A DNA stretch of 64,000 nucleotides from the NCBI GenBank assembly GCA_045635585.1, contig JAZTWA010000012.1, forward strand, positions 19,315 through 83,314. Reading direction: 5' to 3'. This DNA is from Candidatus Enterousia sp. GTDB lineage: Bacteria > Pseudomonadota > Alphaproteobacteria > Rs-D84. Numbering within the stretch: the stretch's first letter is position 1; each line of letters opens with the position of its first letter. Positions 17,714 to 27,404 of this stretch are shown here, piece by piece. The position numbers and the translations under genes are program-made. The notes beneath the pieces are model-generated. The model had not been told where the DNA came from. It saw only the letters and a list, made by a program, of their open reading frames with translations, and ran no database searches.

Positions 17714-19432
17714 TTAATTATTTTTGTGTTTGAATAATTTTGCAAAATATCGTTTTATGTTTTGTGTCCAAGTTTTTTTATTTTGTTCAATTATTTTTAT
17801 TATCATTGCGTTTGCTATCAATGAATATATTTCACGCAATCGGTAATGACTTGATTTGTTGTAGTGATTTTTTGCGTAATTATATCTTTCTTGATCAAAA
17901 TATTTTGTTATAAATTCTTCAAAAAATTCAGAATCAAAAATAGACTTTAAAAATTTATCGGGGTAATCGACAGGAACACCTTCGTTGGTGTTTTCAATAT
18001 TTAAAAGTTCTTTGTCTGTGGTGATTATGTTGTATTCTGTATCGTGTTTTGTTGATAATAACTTATTCATATCAACAGGGTATTTTTTATTGATTTTGTT
18101 TGCAAATTCTATAGTGCTTGGTTCTATGAATCTATTCCCTTGGATTTTAAAATCTAATAATTTTGGGCAGTATCTGGAAAATATTGTTGCGATTAATAAA
18201 TTGCTGTCTTGGCATTCGGATGTGTTTAGTTTTAATTTTAAAATCAATGGGTCTAATAAAGGTGTTAATGTAAAATGGTTTTTAAAATATTCTGTTATAA
18301 CACCAGATCCAAAGTGATAGCAGGCGCGTGCATTCATGTATAAAAGACTAGAAACATCTTTTGAAGAAATATCATCAATATTATATTTTGTTTGTATTTC
18401 TTTGATAGTGTCATTAAAAATTGTTAGAAAAGATTGTTTTATTTCTTCACTGTTTTTATATCCATCTATTTTTTTTAGATATGGTGCCGCAATTTCACTT
18501 GCTGGGACATCATAATATTTTCTTAAATTTTCTCCGCCATCACCACCGACTACGTAATATTTGTGTGCTTGTTTTTGAAAATTGTAGTGTAATTCTTTGT
18601 GAAAAGGAAGTCTGACATATGCAACCATACGCATAATATCTCTGAAGCTGAAATTTAATGGTTTTGAAGTAAAATCTAGTTTGTTTAATTCAAAATCAAA
18701 ATATTTTGCAATTTCTGATGCTATGTTGAAATCTTCTTTGTGTACACTGTCATTTATTGAATTTATTCTGGTTGTCTTTAAATCTATGCCGGACATTAAT
18801 GCCAAACAAAAAGTTAGTCTGCTGTCTAAACCACCTGATAGAGCAACAGTAATATTATTGGTTTTTGATTTTAAGACACGAAATAATTTTGTCCATTTTT
18901 CAAACCATGTATCTAAAATTTGTACCCCTTGTTCAGAGTCGATTTGTTGGGTGCGAATTTCCCAGTTCGTTTGCGTTGTTGTTATTTTTTTTGTGCGTAG
19001 ATTTATTTTTAAAACAATGTCTTTGTCTAAACGTACAATATCTTTTGTTAATGTGTCCTTATATGCTTCGGAACACAAGGTTAAAGGATACATATAGTTT
19101 GCAAAATTATGATTGAATGTCAGATTAAATTTGTCTTTTATGTGGTCTATAAGATATAAAAATGAATTACTTAGTGCAAAATAATTGCCCCTTTTGAAAT
19201 AGTAAAGTCCGTAAGAACCATTAAAGTCTTGATGAATTTTTATGTGTTTTTTTGTTCTTTCTATATAAACATAGGCACCTATGCCACCAAGCGGTAGTTT
19301 CAAGCAATTTATGTTTGCGTTTTCAATGATTCCATTGTCTTGTATAGTAAAACCGTATAATTTTGTTGTTATATTATCTAGGTTTTCTGAAGAAATGAAA
19401 AAAAATTCTTTGTCGCAATTAAATAAATTCAT
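17714..19432 (-). CDS. Asparagine-synthetase/beta-lactam-synthetase-like PP-loop ATP pyrophosphatase without a glutaminase nucleophile
   Basis: 572 aa. PP-loop ALSGGLDSR within an AsnB-like C-domain. N-terminus MNLFNCDKEFF lacks the Cys2 of class II amidotransferases. GC (~28-30%) and codon usage are markedly lower than neighbouring genes (~38-40%). Confidence 0.55.
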   Translation of the reverse strand: MNLFNCDKEFFFISSENLDNITTKLYGFTIQDNGIIENANINCLKLPLGGIGAYVYIERTKKHIKIHQDFNGSYGLYYFKRGNYFALSNSFLYLIDHIKDKFNLTFNHNFANYMYPLTLCSEAYKDTLTKDIVRLDKDIVLKINLRTKKITTTQTNWEIRTQQIDSEQGVQILDTWFEKWTKLFRVLKSKTNNITVALSGGLDSRLTFCLALMSGIDLKTTRINSINDSVHKEDFNIASEIAKYFDFELNKLDFTSKPLNFSFRDIMRMVAYVRLPFHKELHYNFQKQAHKYYVVGGDGGENLRKYYDVPASEIAAPYLKKIDGYKNSEEIKQSFLTIFNDTIKEIQTKYNIDDISSKDVSSLLYMNARACYHFGSGVITEYFKNHFTLTPLLDPLILKLKLNTSECQDSNLLIATIFSRYCPKLLDFKIQGNRFIEPSTIEFANKINKKYPVDMNKLLSTKHDTEYNIITTDKELLNIENTNEGVPVDYPDKFLKSIFDSEFFEEFITKYFDQERYNYAKNHYNKSSHYRLREIYSLIANAMIIKIIEQNKKTWTQNIKRYFAKLFKHKNN

Positions 19433-19471
19433 AGTATAATCTCTTTGATTTTTTGTTGGTTTTTGTGATAT

Positions 19472-20242
19472 TTATTTTATTTCCAACATTAATCCGCAGT
19501 GGTCTGTGGGTTTTTCTGCCAAACGTGGTTCAATATCAACTTCACAATTTTTAATCATTTTTGCCGCGGTTTTATTACATAGAAAGTAATCTAAACGCAG
19601 ACCTTGTTCGTTGCCAACCGTATCACGACCGCGGTATCCATACCATGTGTATCCTGTGTCTGTTGGGTGCAGGGTCCGCCATGCATCAACCCAGCCCGCA
19701 TCCAGCCATTGATTCATAATATTACGTGCCTCAGGTGCAGAAATTGCGATGCCTTCGTAATTTTTGGGTTTCCATATATCGCGGTCTTGGATTGCAACGT
19801 TAAAGTCGCCAGCAATAATAACAGGTTCGGCTGAATCCAAGTATTGGGCAATATATTCTGTAAATGCGCGCATCCATTCCAATTTGTATGGGAATTTTGC
19901 AGAATCAACCGTATCACCATTTGGCATATATACATTTATCATACGGATATGGCCATCAACCACGCACTCAATCATTCGCGCGTTTGTATCTGCATAATTT
20001 GGCAGGCCCATTGTAACATCTTCGATGGAATATTTAGAAAATGTTGCGACACCATTCCATGATTTTTGACCAAAAACCTTGACATTATAGCCATATTCAT
20101 CAAATAACATATGTGGAAAGTTTGCCGTTTCAACCTTTAATTCTTGGACCAGAATTGTGTCGTATTCACCGCGATTTAGTATGTCGATAAAGCTTTGAGC
20201 GTGGGCACGAATTGAATTAATATTTAATGAAAGAATTTTCAT
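19472..20242 (-). CDS. xth: Exodeoxyribonuclease III (Xth)
   Basis: MKILSLNINSIRAH...QELK...GDFNV...WSYR-like motifs of the EEP AP-endonuclease family. The upstream in-frame extension to 20299 is unlikely. Confidence 0.85.
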   Translation of the reverse strand: MKILSLNINSIRAHAQSFIDILNRGEYDTILVQELKVETANFPHMLFDEYGYNVKVFGQKSWNGVATFSKYSIEDVTMGLPNYADTNARMIECVVDGHIRMINVYMPNGDTVDSAKFPYKLEWMRAFTEYIAQYLDSAEPVIIAGDFNVAIQDRDIWKPKNYEGIAISAPEARNIMNQWLDAGWVDAWRTLHPTDTGYTWYGYRGRDTVGNEQGLRLDYFLCNKTAAKMIKNCEVDIEPRLAEKPTDHCGLMLEIK

Positions 20243-20312
20243 GTTTGATTTCCTTTGATTCATCTGTATAATATCGGGTGTCCAATATAAAAACAACAAG
20301 GAATTTTATAAC

Positions 20313-21893
20313 ATGAATATGTATCAGTTATTGGAACGTACCGCGCAAACATGGCCAGATAATTTGTATCTGGTGCGCGAAGGCGTTAAATATAAAGACT
20401 TTATTGGTTTGGTTAAGGCGCGTGCCGCATCTTTAAATGCCGCAGGTGTTGCCAAGGGTGATGTTATCGGAATTTTGTCACACAATATTCCTGAATTCCC
20501 AATTACTATGTTTGCAATTTGGTATTTGGGTGGGACGGTATTATTGTTGGATACAAATCTGACACCATTTGAATATGATAATATGGCATCAATTACAGAA
20601 TGTAAATTGGTTTGCGCAGAAAAGTCTTTTGTGTATAAAACAGATAAATTTAAATTTTATGATATTACAAAGAAAGATGGCAAGGTTGACCCAGAATTGC
20701 AACCTGCGGCGGTGGAATCGTTGGATATTGCAACAATGTCATTTACATCAGGTTCGACCGGTGTGCCAAAGGTTGTACCATTAACACACTTTAATATTGT
20801 TGAATGTGCAAATTCTTTGGAATCAATGGCCGAATGGATTAAACCGGCGGATTGTCTGTATGGATTTTTGCCAATGTATCATGTATTTGGTTTCGCGGTT
20901 GAAATCTTGGCAACGTTGCATTTTGGTGCGGGCGTTTTGTTACAACCAACAATTAATCCAAAAGAAATTATGGCAGATTTTAAAAAGTTCCGTCCACAGG
21001 TTATTCCCGCGGTGCCACGTTTGTGGGAAGTTTTCCGTAACAAGATTATCGATAATGTCAAGGCCCAGAAAAAATGGGGATTGGTATCCTTTGTATTAAA
21101 GTATGGAAAAATTTTGGAAAAAATTGGTTTGGGTTTCTTGGTTCGCAAAGTGCAAAAGCCAATCTTGGATGTGTTCGGTGGTCGTGCACGTTTGTTGATT
21201 GCAGGTGGTGCCGCAACCAAGCCAGAAGTTGAAACATTCTATGAACGTTTGGGATTGACGTTTATTCAAGGGTACGGCTTGACAGAAACTGTTGGACCAA
21301 TCTGTATTTCAAAGCCGACTAAACATCGTTTCCCATTTGCCTTTGGTGGCCCAACAATCAATAACGAATGTGAAATTCGTGATAAAAATGAAGATGGTGT
21401 TGGGGTGCTATGGTTGCGCGGACATCAGATTTTTGGTGGATATTTGAATAACCCAGAAGCAAATGCAGAAATATTTGACGAACGTGGATTCTTTAATACT
21501 GGTGATATGGTATCAATGGATAAGAACGGCGAATTACATTTTGCGGGTCGTAAAAAACAGGTTATCGTGTTGGATAGTGGTAAAAATGTTTATCCAGATG
21601 AATTAGAAGGATTGTTCATTACTATCCCAGGTGTAAAAAATGTTGCTGTTTTTGAACATACGGTCAAAGGTAAAACTGTGACATACGGTGTGTTCAGTGT
21701 TGAAGATGGTATGACAATTGAAAAACTGGGCGCGGAAATTGCCGCGGCAAATAAAAAAGTTGCCAGTTACAAGTGGGTTACACACTATGCAATGACAACA
21801 GAAGATTTGCCATTGACCAGTACGCAAAAGGTTAAACATCATCAGGTTCGTAAGAATTTGATTGAGGGTAAATATCCAGATAGACACGAATAA
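20313..21893 (+). CDS. Acyl-CoA synthetase / long-chain-fatty-acid--CoA ligase (AMP-binding family)
   Basis: AMP-binding motif FTSGSTGVPKVV, GYGLTET, and a C-terminal ...GRKKQVI... region. 526 aa. Confidence 0.8.
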   Translation: MNMYQLLERTAQTWPDNLYLVREGVKYKDFIGLVKARAASLNAAGVAKGDVIGILSHNIPEFPITMFAIWYLGGTVLLLDTNLTPFEYDNMASITECKLVCAEKSFVYKTDKFKFYDITKKDGKVDPELQPAAVESLDIATMSFTSGSTGVPKVVPLTHFNIVECANSLESMAEWIKPADCLYGFLPMYHVFGFAVEILATLHFGAGVLLQPTINPKEIMADFKKFRPQVIPAVPRLWEVFRNKIIDNVKAQKKWGLVSFVLKYGKILEKIGLGFLVRKVQKPILDVFGGRARLLIAGGAATKPEVETFYERLGLTFIQGYGLTETVGPICISKPTKHRFPFAFGGPTINNECEIRDKNEDGVGVLWLRGHQIFGGYLNNPEANAEIFDERGFFNTGDMVSMDKNGELHFAGRKKQVIVLDSGKNVYPDELEGLFITIPGVKNVAVFEHTVKGKTVTYGVFSVEDGMTIEKLGAEIAAANKKVASYKWVTHYAMTTEDLPLTSTQKVKHHQVRKNLIEGKYPDRHE

Positions 21894-22075
21894 AATTAAA
21901 TCTAATGGCATATCTATGGCCGCCCCCGATAACTCATGTAGCGTCTGTACACTACGTTATCGGGGGCAATCCATATCTATACCATTATCTTTAATTTTTT
22001 AAAATTCGTATGCATATCTATGGCACCCCCGATAACCGATGTAGATTTGTACACTACGTTATCGGGGATGTTTCA
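21894..22075. repeat. Second locus of the same palindromic repeat family (about 1.7 copies) between convergent genes
   Basis: First unit differs from the first unit at 11101 by 1 nt; the second unit is degenerate. It begins at the TAA stop of the acyl-CoA synthetase gene and ends ~30 nt before the mnmE stop. Confidence 0.9.
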
Positions 22076-22105
22076 TATTTATACTATTTTTTTTATTTGT
22101 AGTTT

Positions 22106-23446
22106 TTATTTGCCAAGACACAGTTGGCCAAATGTCATGTCCAGAACATCGTTTGCGGTAATTGTGCCCAATATTTTACCAATGCAATCTGCTGCACGAC
22201 GGGCGTGTTCTGCAAATATGTCATAGTTTTCACCAGCGGTCAGGGCGTGTGATAATTCATCACGTGCCGATTCCAGTAAAGTCTTGGTTCGGGCGTTGAT
22301 AGTTAATTCAGATTCTGTGTTATCAAACAGTTCATGAATTGTTTGACGTATTGTGTTCATTAATTCTTCCATGCCGTTACCGGTTTTTGCCGATACATAT
22401 ATTGTATTATAACGTTTGTTTGTTTCTTTAATATCTATTGTGTCTGATTTGTTTACAATATCAATGCTTGTATTTGGGCCAATTCGTGAATCATTGATTT
22501 CAATATTTGGAATATTGTTTGGTGTATAAACATTCAGTATAATATCAGCAGTTTCGATTTCAGACTTTGTACGTTCGATGCCGATGCTTTCGATTGTGTC
22601 GTCTGTTTCACGAATGCCCGCCGTATCAGACAGATTTACCATATATCCATCAATGTCCAAATTTGCAGATACAACGTCGCGTGTTGTGCCGGCAATGTCA
22701 GATACAATTGCCCGATTTGAACCAAGTATATAATTAAATATAGATGATTTGCCAACATTGGTTTCACCAACCAAGACAATGTTTATTCCACCACGAATTG
22801 CGCGTGCAGTTCCATAACCACAAAGGGCAGAATTTATTTCGTCATATAATTTTTTTGTTTGTTTTTGAATTCGTGTGCCAATGTTTACGGGCAGGTCGTC
22901 GGGACTATAATCCAAAGTTGCCGCAGCATAGGCGGATATTTCAATCATCTGGGTGCGCCATGAATTGTAAATTTTACTGTCACGACCCAACATGGATTTT
23001 AATGCGCGTTGTCTTTGTTTGTCGGTTTGTGCATCCAGTAATGCCGCCAATCCATCAATGTCGGCCAAATCCATTTTGTTGTTATAAAATGCACGTCTGG
23101 AAAATTCCCCAGGGGTTGCCATGCGCATGCCCAAAGTAGATAAATATTCAAAAATTTTATTTATAACCGCTGGCGCCCCATGACATTGAATTTCAATGAT
23201 ATCTTGGCCGGTAAAAGAATTTGGCGCACCAAAGAATAACATTAGGCACTGATCAATGATGTTGTTGTCTGTGTCGCATAAATTCGTAAAATATGCATGA
23301 CGTGGTATAAATTCAAAACGGTGTGTCATTTTCGTAAATATGTCAGATAATTTATCCCCAGATATACGGATTACTGCGACACCGGATTTGCCATGCCCAG
23401 ATGATAATGCAAAGATTGTATCGTTATTCATATTATTTGTTTCCAC
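22106..23446 (-). CDS. mnmE: tRNA uridine-5-carboxymethylaminomethyl modification GTPase MnmE (TrmE)
   Basis: N-terminal THF-binding domain (IFALSSGHGKSGVAVIRISG), G-domain GETNVGKSS/DTAG, and C-terminal ...CLGK. A probable start is MNNDT at 23431. Confidence 0.85.
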   Translation of the reverse strand: METNNMNNDTIFALSSGHGKSGVAVIRISGDKLSDIFTKMTHRFEFIPRHAYFTNLCDTDNNIIDQCLMLFFGAPNSFTGQDIIEIQCHGAPAVINKIFEYLSTLGMRMATPGEFSRRAFYNNKMDLADIDGLAALLDAQTDKQRQRALKSMLGRDSKIYNSWRTQMIEISAYAAATLDYSPDDLPVNIGTRIQKQTKKLYDEINSALCGYGTARAIRGGINIVLVGETNVGKSSIFNYILGSNRAIVSDIAGTTRDVVSANLDIDGYMVNLSDTAGIRETDDTIESIGIERTKSEIETADIILNVYTPNNIPNIEINDSRIGPNTSIDIVNKSDTIDIKETNKRYNTIYVSAKTGNGMEELMNTIRQTIHELFDNTESELTINARTKTLLESARDELSHALTAGENYDIFAEHARRAADCIGKILGTITANDVLDMTFGQLCLGK

Positions 23447-24023
23447 TTATTTCTTTTAATGCCATCGGAACCAGTTTTGATACATCGGCAGATGGATTTT
23501 TTGTTACCAAGTTTTGGGCCATTTCCAATATGTCAAGACGGCGATATCCCAAAGATTCCAATGCCATAAGTAATTCTGGCAGGGCAGAGGATTGCGCAGA
23601 TGTGCCAGTGTCTGCGACAAATAATGATGCAGATACACCGCCAATTTTATTCTTTAATTCAACAATGATTTTTTCGGCCATCTTTTTACCGACCCCAGGG
23701 GCCGTTGCAATTGTTTTTGCGTCGCCCGTTGCAATTGCGGTCATTAACATGTCTGTGCTGATTGTGCCCATGATGGCCAATGCGACCTTTGGACCAACAC
23801 CAGATACGGTGGTTAACATATTAAACAGGTCTTGGGATTGCAGGGTTGAAAATCCAAATAGGCGAATTGAGTCTTCGCGGACAATTGTTTCAATCCACAT
23901 TTCAACCGTTGATTTGTGTGTCAAGTATTCTGCGGTGTGCACCTTGTATCCAACACCATTTACCAATAAAATTACAAATCCGTCACCAATATAATCAACT
24001 ATGCCTTGCAATTTTCCAATCAT
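23433..24023 (-). CDS. ruvA: Holliday junction branch migration complex subunit RuvA
   Basis: MIGKLQGIVDY...VNGVGYKV N-terminus and HhH motifs (VSGVGPKVALAI, APGVGKKMAEKI). Confidence 0.85.
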   Translation of the reverse strand: MIGKLQGIVDYIGDGFVILLVNGVGYKVHTAEYLTHKSTVEMWIETIVREDSIRLFGFSTLQSQDLFNMLTTVSGVGPKVALAIMGTISTDMLMTAIATGDAKTIATAPGVGKKMAEKIIVELKNKIGGVSASLFVADTGTSAQSSALPELLMALESLGYRRLDILEMAQNLVTKNPSADVSKLVPMALKEISGNK

Positions 24024-24073
24024 TTGTTATCCTTTTGGGGTGATTTTAATCTAAATAAATAAAAAGGTCAAAT

Positions 24074-24790
24074 ATGAGTGGACATAGTAAATGGCATAAC
24101 ATTCAACACAAAAAAGGTGCGGCAGACGCAGCACGCAGTGGTTTGTTTACAAAATTGGCACGTGAAATTACAATGGCGGCAAAGTTGGGTGATAAAAATC
24201 CTGACAATAATCCACGCTTGCGATTGGCGATTTTAACAGCACGCAAGGCATCAATGCCAAATGATAATATTAAACGTGCAATCGACAAGGCATCAGGTGC
24301 GAATACAGAAAATTACGAAGCGGTTCGTTACGAAGGTTATGGCCCAGGGGCAGTGCCTGTAATTGTCGAAGCGTTGACAGATAATCCACGTCGTACAGTG
24401 CCAGAAATTCGTAATATCTTTGGTAAAAATGGTGGAAATATGGGCGAAGAAGGATCTGTTGTCTTTATGTTTACACGCGCAGGCCAAATTATGTACCCAG
24501 CATCAATTGGTAAAACCGAAGATGAAATGATGGAAATTATTATGGAAGCAAATGCAGATAATTTGGAAACATCTGAAGAAGGTTTTATTATTACAACAAA
24601 ACCAGAAGACTTTATTACTGCACAAAAAATTTTGGCGGATAAATTGGGTGAACCAGAGCAGGCTGAATTGACATGGTTGCCAAATATGCCAATGGATTTA
24701 GATGACGAAGCGTATGCGAAAATTGAAAAATTGGTTGATGCGCTGGATGCGAATGATGACGTACAAAAGGTCTTTACGGCGGCAGCATAA
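24074..24790 (+). CDS. yebC: YebC/PmpR family DNA-binding transcriptional regulator
   Basis: MSGHSKWHNIQHKKGAADAARSG..FTKLAREI is the canonical YebC N-terminus. 238 aa. Confidence 0.85.
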   Translation: MSGHSKWHNIQHKKGAADAARSGLFTKLAREITMAAKLGDKNPDNNPRLRLAILTARKASMPNDNIKRAIDKASGANTENYEAVRYEGYGPGAVPVIVEALTDNPRRTVPEIRNIFGKNGGNMGEEGSVVFMFTRAGQIMYPASIGKTEDEMMEIIMEANADNLETSEEGFIITTKPEDFITAQKILADKLGEPEQAELTWLPNMPMDLDDEAYAKIEKLVDALDANDDVQKVFTAAA

Positions 24791-24813
24791 TTTCTATGGT
24801 TGTTATCAATGTT

Positions 24814-24851
24814 AAAATCCCCAAAAAAATTGGGGATTTTATTTTTTTTTA
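24814..24851 (+). terminator. Rho-independent terminator after yebC
   Basis: aaaatcccc-aaaaaaatt-ggggatttt followed by T9. Confidence 0.6.
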
Positions 24852-24907
24852 ATATTTTTTGTGATATAATTACCTTTGATAGCAATATTGTTTCGGGGGG
24901 AATAAAG

Positions 24908-25897
24908 TTGAAACGTTTAATATTTGTTTTGTCGGCATTTTTGTTTGTGATTGGTGGGGCGGGTGCCGCAGAAATGTCTTTGAATGATGCGATGAATGTG
25001 GTGCGCGCAAATTGTGCGGGTATTTCAGATGAATTAGCAGATATAAAAAAAATGGCGGGTGTTGGTACGGCGGTGTCGGCGGCTGGAACCGCTGTGGCTG
25101 GTGGTGCGGTTGGAACCGGTGTTGCCAAGGCGCGTATAGATAAGATGTCTGGGTTGATGGGTGATTTGATAAAAAAATATAAAGAAATGAAAAGTAATCC
25201 AGAACCTGTTATTGTAAGTGATATTGCGAGTTTGACTGCACAATTAACACAAATGGTACGTGATAGGGATTTGGTGAATAACTTAAAATCCAAAGAAAAT
25301 CAAATTCTTGCAGATGATGAATTGGCAAAAATGCAGGCGGAAAAGGATGCGCTGGATAAAAAGTCAAAGACAATGGGTAATGTGCGTACGGGATTGATGG
25401 CGGCATCGTCTGCGTCCAGTATTGCAGGTGCAGTTATTGCGGGGTCTAATAAGGTAAAACCAGATTTGATGGCGCGTATCGGTGCATGTATGGGGGCGGT
25501 TGAAAAATTGGCACAGGTTAAGATTCAAGTGCGCTTGGATAACAGTGCGTCTGATATGGAATTGCAAAATGCAGATAAAATTATTGCTGCGTGTGGGCAA
25601 TATGATTTGTCCGATGTTGAAAAAATTAGTAATCGTGCACATAACGCCATGGTGGCCAGTTCTGTTGGTGCTGCATCTGGTGTTGTGGGAACTGTGACGT
25701 CGGGTATGGCGAATACGGATAAAGTGCGAAATAGTCAAGATGAACAACGTGAAAAGAATTTGAATATGGCTTCAAATGTTTTGGCCGGTGTAACAACGGC
25801 AGCGTCTTTGACGTCAACTGTATTTAACGCAACACAAATCAGTGCAGCAAAACGGGTTATCGAAACTGCCAGTCAGTGCGAGGAGGCAATAAAATGA
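24908..25897 (+). CDS. Secreted Ala/Gly/Ser-rich protein, function unknown
   Basis: Probable TTG start (LKRLIFVLSAFLFVIGGAGAAEM signal peptide). Upstream in-frame ATG codons lie in the terminator region. It has 4 Cys. Its stop overlaps the next ATG (ATGA). Confidence 0.45.
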   Translation: MKRLIFVLSAFLFVIGGAGAAEMSLNDAMNVVRANCAGISDELADIKKMAGVGTAVSAAGTAVAGGAVGTGVAKARIDKMSGLMGDLIKKYKEMKSNPEPVIVSDIASLTAQLTQMVRDRDLVNNLKSKENQILADDELAKMQAEKDALDKKSKTMGNVRTGLMAASSASSIAGAVIAGSNKVKPDLMARIGACMGAVEKLAQVKIQVRLDNSASDMELQNADKIIAACGQYDLSDVEKISNRAHNAMVASSVGAASGVVGTVTSGMANTDKVRNSQDEQREKNLNMASNVLAGVTTAASLTSTVFNATQISAAKRVIETASQCEEAIK

Positions 25898-26562
25898 AAA
25901 AGTTATTATTTGCATTGATGGGGGTTGTGTGTGCACTTTCTGTGGCAGGTGCCGCGGATGTTGTTGTAAATCCAGAAGTGCCGTTCGAAGTTGCAGGTGC
26001 CGATTTGGTTGCAGGTGGTTTAACACCCGAAGGTGTGGATGATATTATTGATGTCATGTTTGGTTATTATCATCAAGATTTTGATAGTAACAGAAATGTC
26101 TTCAGACTGAGTTTATATGATTTGACGGGAATTTATTTGGAAGCAGGATTGGGGACCGAACAACAGGCAATAGATTATGCAGTGGCTGTTTTGAAAAATG
26201 CAGAAAATAGAAAAGCAAGTGCCGATTATATTAAAATGTCAAAAGAATATGAGATACAGATTGCGGCGGTAAATGAATATAGTGCAGGTATTAATGGTAT
26301 GGAAAGAGCCAAAAGAAATTTTGACTTTGATTATCAAAAATCATTAAAGGATAAATATTGTAAAGGTGCGGATCTTTTATTTTCTTCATCACCAGAATTT
26401 GTTCGTTGTGGAAAAGTTAATTTGTTAAGGAATGCATTAGAATTTGAATATTATGAATTGACCAGACCAATGTATGGCGAAGTTAATGTATCGTATCCTG
26501 TTGTTCAAGATTTGGGAAATGGTCAGTATCTGGTAAAAGTTACTGTCGGGTATGATTTATAA
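25894..26562 (+). CDS. Secreted protein, function unknown (translationally coupled to upstream gene)
   Basis: Strong SD GAGGAGG lies 6 nt upstream of ATG 25894. Signal peptide MKKLLFALMGVVCALSVAGAA. 222 aa. Confidence 0.5.
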   Translation: MKKLLFALMGVVCALSVAGAADVVVNPEVPFEVAGADLVAGGLTPEGVDDIIDVMFGYYHQDFDSNRNVFRLSLYDLTGIYLEAGLGTEQQAIDYAVAVLKNAENRKASADYIKMSKEYEIQIAAVNEYSAGINGMERAKRNFDFDYQKSLKDKYCKGADLLFSSSPEFVRCGKVNLLRNALEFEYYELTRPMYGEVNVSYPVVQDLGNGQYLVKVTVGYDL

Positions 26563-26577
26563 TTAATCAATAACAAA

Positions 26578-27069
26578 TTATTTTATATAATTTTTTATCT
26601 GTAACATATTGCTGTGGGCCAGAGCAATTGCGATTGCGTCTGCTTCGTCTGGGGTTTTGGGGTGTGCGATTGGCAATAACATTTTTACCATTTTATCGAT
26701 TGCGCTTTTGTCGGCATGGCCTGCACCAGTTAATGCTTTTTTTATAACGTTTGGTTCGTATTCAAATACAGGTATGTTTTGATTTGCAATTGCAACAATT
26801 GCAGAAGCGCGCGCTTGACCCAATAGCAGGGTGGTTTTTGGGTTTTTATTTACAAATATGATTTCAATGCTGCATTCGTTTGGTTCAAATGTTTCACATA
26901 TTTTTGTTAGTTCATGAAATATTGTAACCAGACGTTCTGACATTTCAAATTTAGGATTGGGTAAAATAACACCGCTTGCAATATATTTGCGTGTTTGACC
27001 TGATGTGTCAATAACCGCCCATCCAGTATGCAATAATCCAGGGTCAATGCCCAATATACGTTTTGTCAT
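26578..27069 (-). CDS. ruvC: Crossover junction endodeoxyribonuclease RuvC
   Basis: ILGIDPGLLHTGWAVID RNase-H-fold N-terminus and catalytic acidic residues. 163 aa. Confidence 0.85.
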   Translation of the reverse strand: MTKRILGIDPGLLHTGWAVIDTSGQTRKYIASGVILPNPKFEMSERLVTIFHELTKICETFEPNECSIEIIFVNKNPKTTLLLGQARASAIVAIANQNIPVFEYEPNVIKKALTGAGHADKSAIDKMVKMLLPIAHPKTPDEADAIAIALAHSNMLQIKNYIK

Positions 27070-27074
27070 TTTTG

Positions 27075-27404
27075 TTACTTTCTGAAACTGATTTTCCCAA
27101 CCGCGTTATATCCAAAGTATTTATTTATTCGTTTTATTATTTCGTCAGATTGATATGATAATTGTAATGCATAGGCCGGAACCGTTGGACGGATCACGAT
27201 ATTAAAAGTATTGTCACGATTTTTTTTAATTGCAGCCAAGCGTGCCAACGTCGCAATATCGGGGCCCATGATTTCGTCCCAACGATTTGCCAAATCGGAA
27301 TCAGATGCACGAATGCCAAATATTTTTATTAAACCACCCAATGCACCGCCAATAGTTTGGGGGTGTTTGGTTCGTTCGCTGATTTTTTTATCGTGGTTTG
27401 ACAT
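27075..27404 (-). CDS. Small conserved protein, possibly DUF721/DciA-like
   Basis: 109 aa and basic, lying between mltA and ruvC. Weak resemblance only. Confidence 0.3.
   Translation of the reverse strand: MSNHDKKISERTKHPQTIGGALGGLIKIFGIRASDSDLANRWDEIMGPDIATLARLAAIKKNRDNTFNIVIRPTVPAYALQLSYQSDEIIKRINKYFGYNAVGKISFRK

Noticed and set aside
24337-25293. 318-aa minus-strand ORF
   Set aside because: Antisense to yebC and the secreted-protein gene. Low-complexity Ala/Pro/Ser composition typical of antisense frames.
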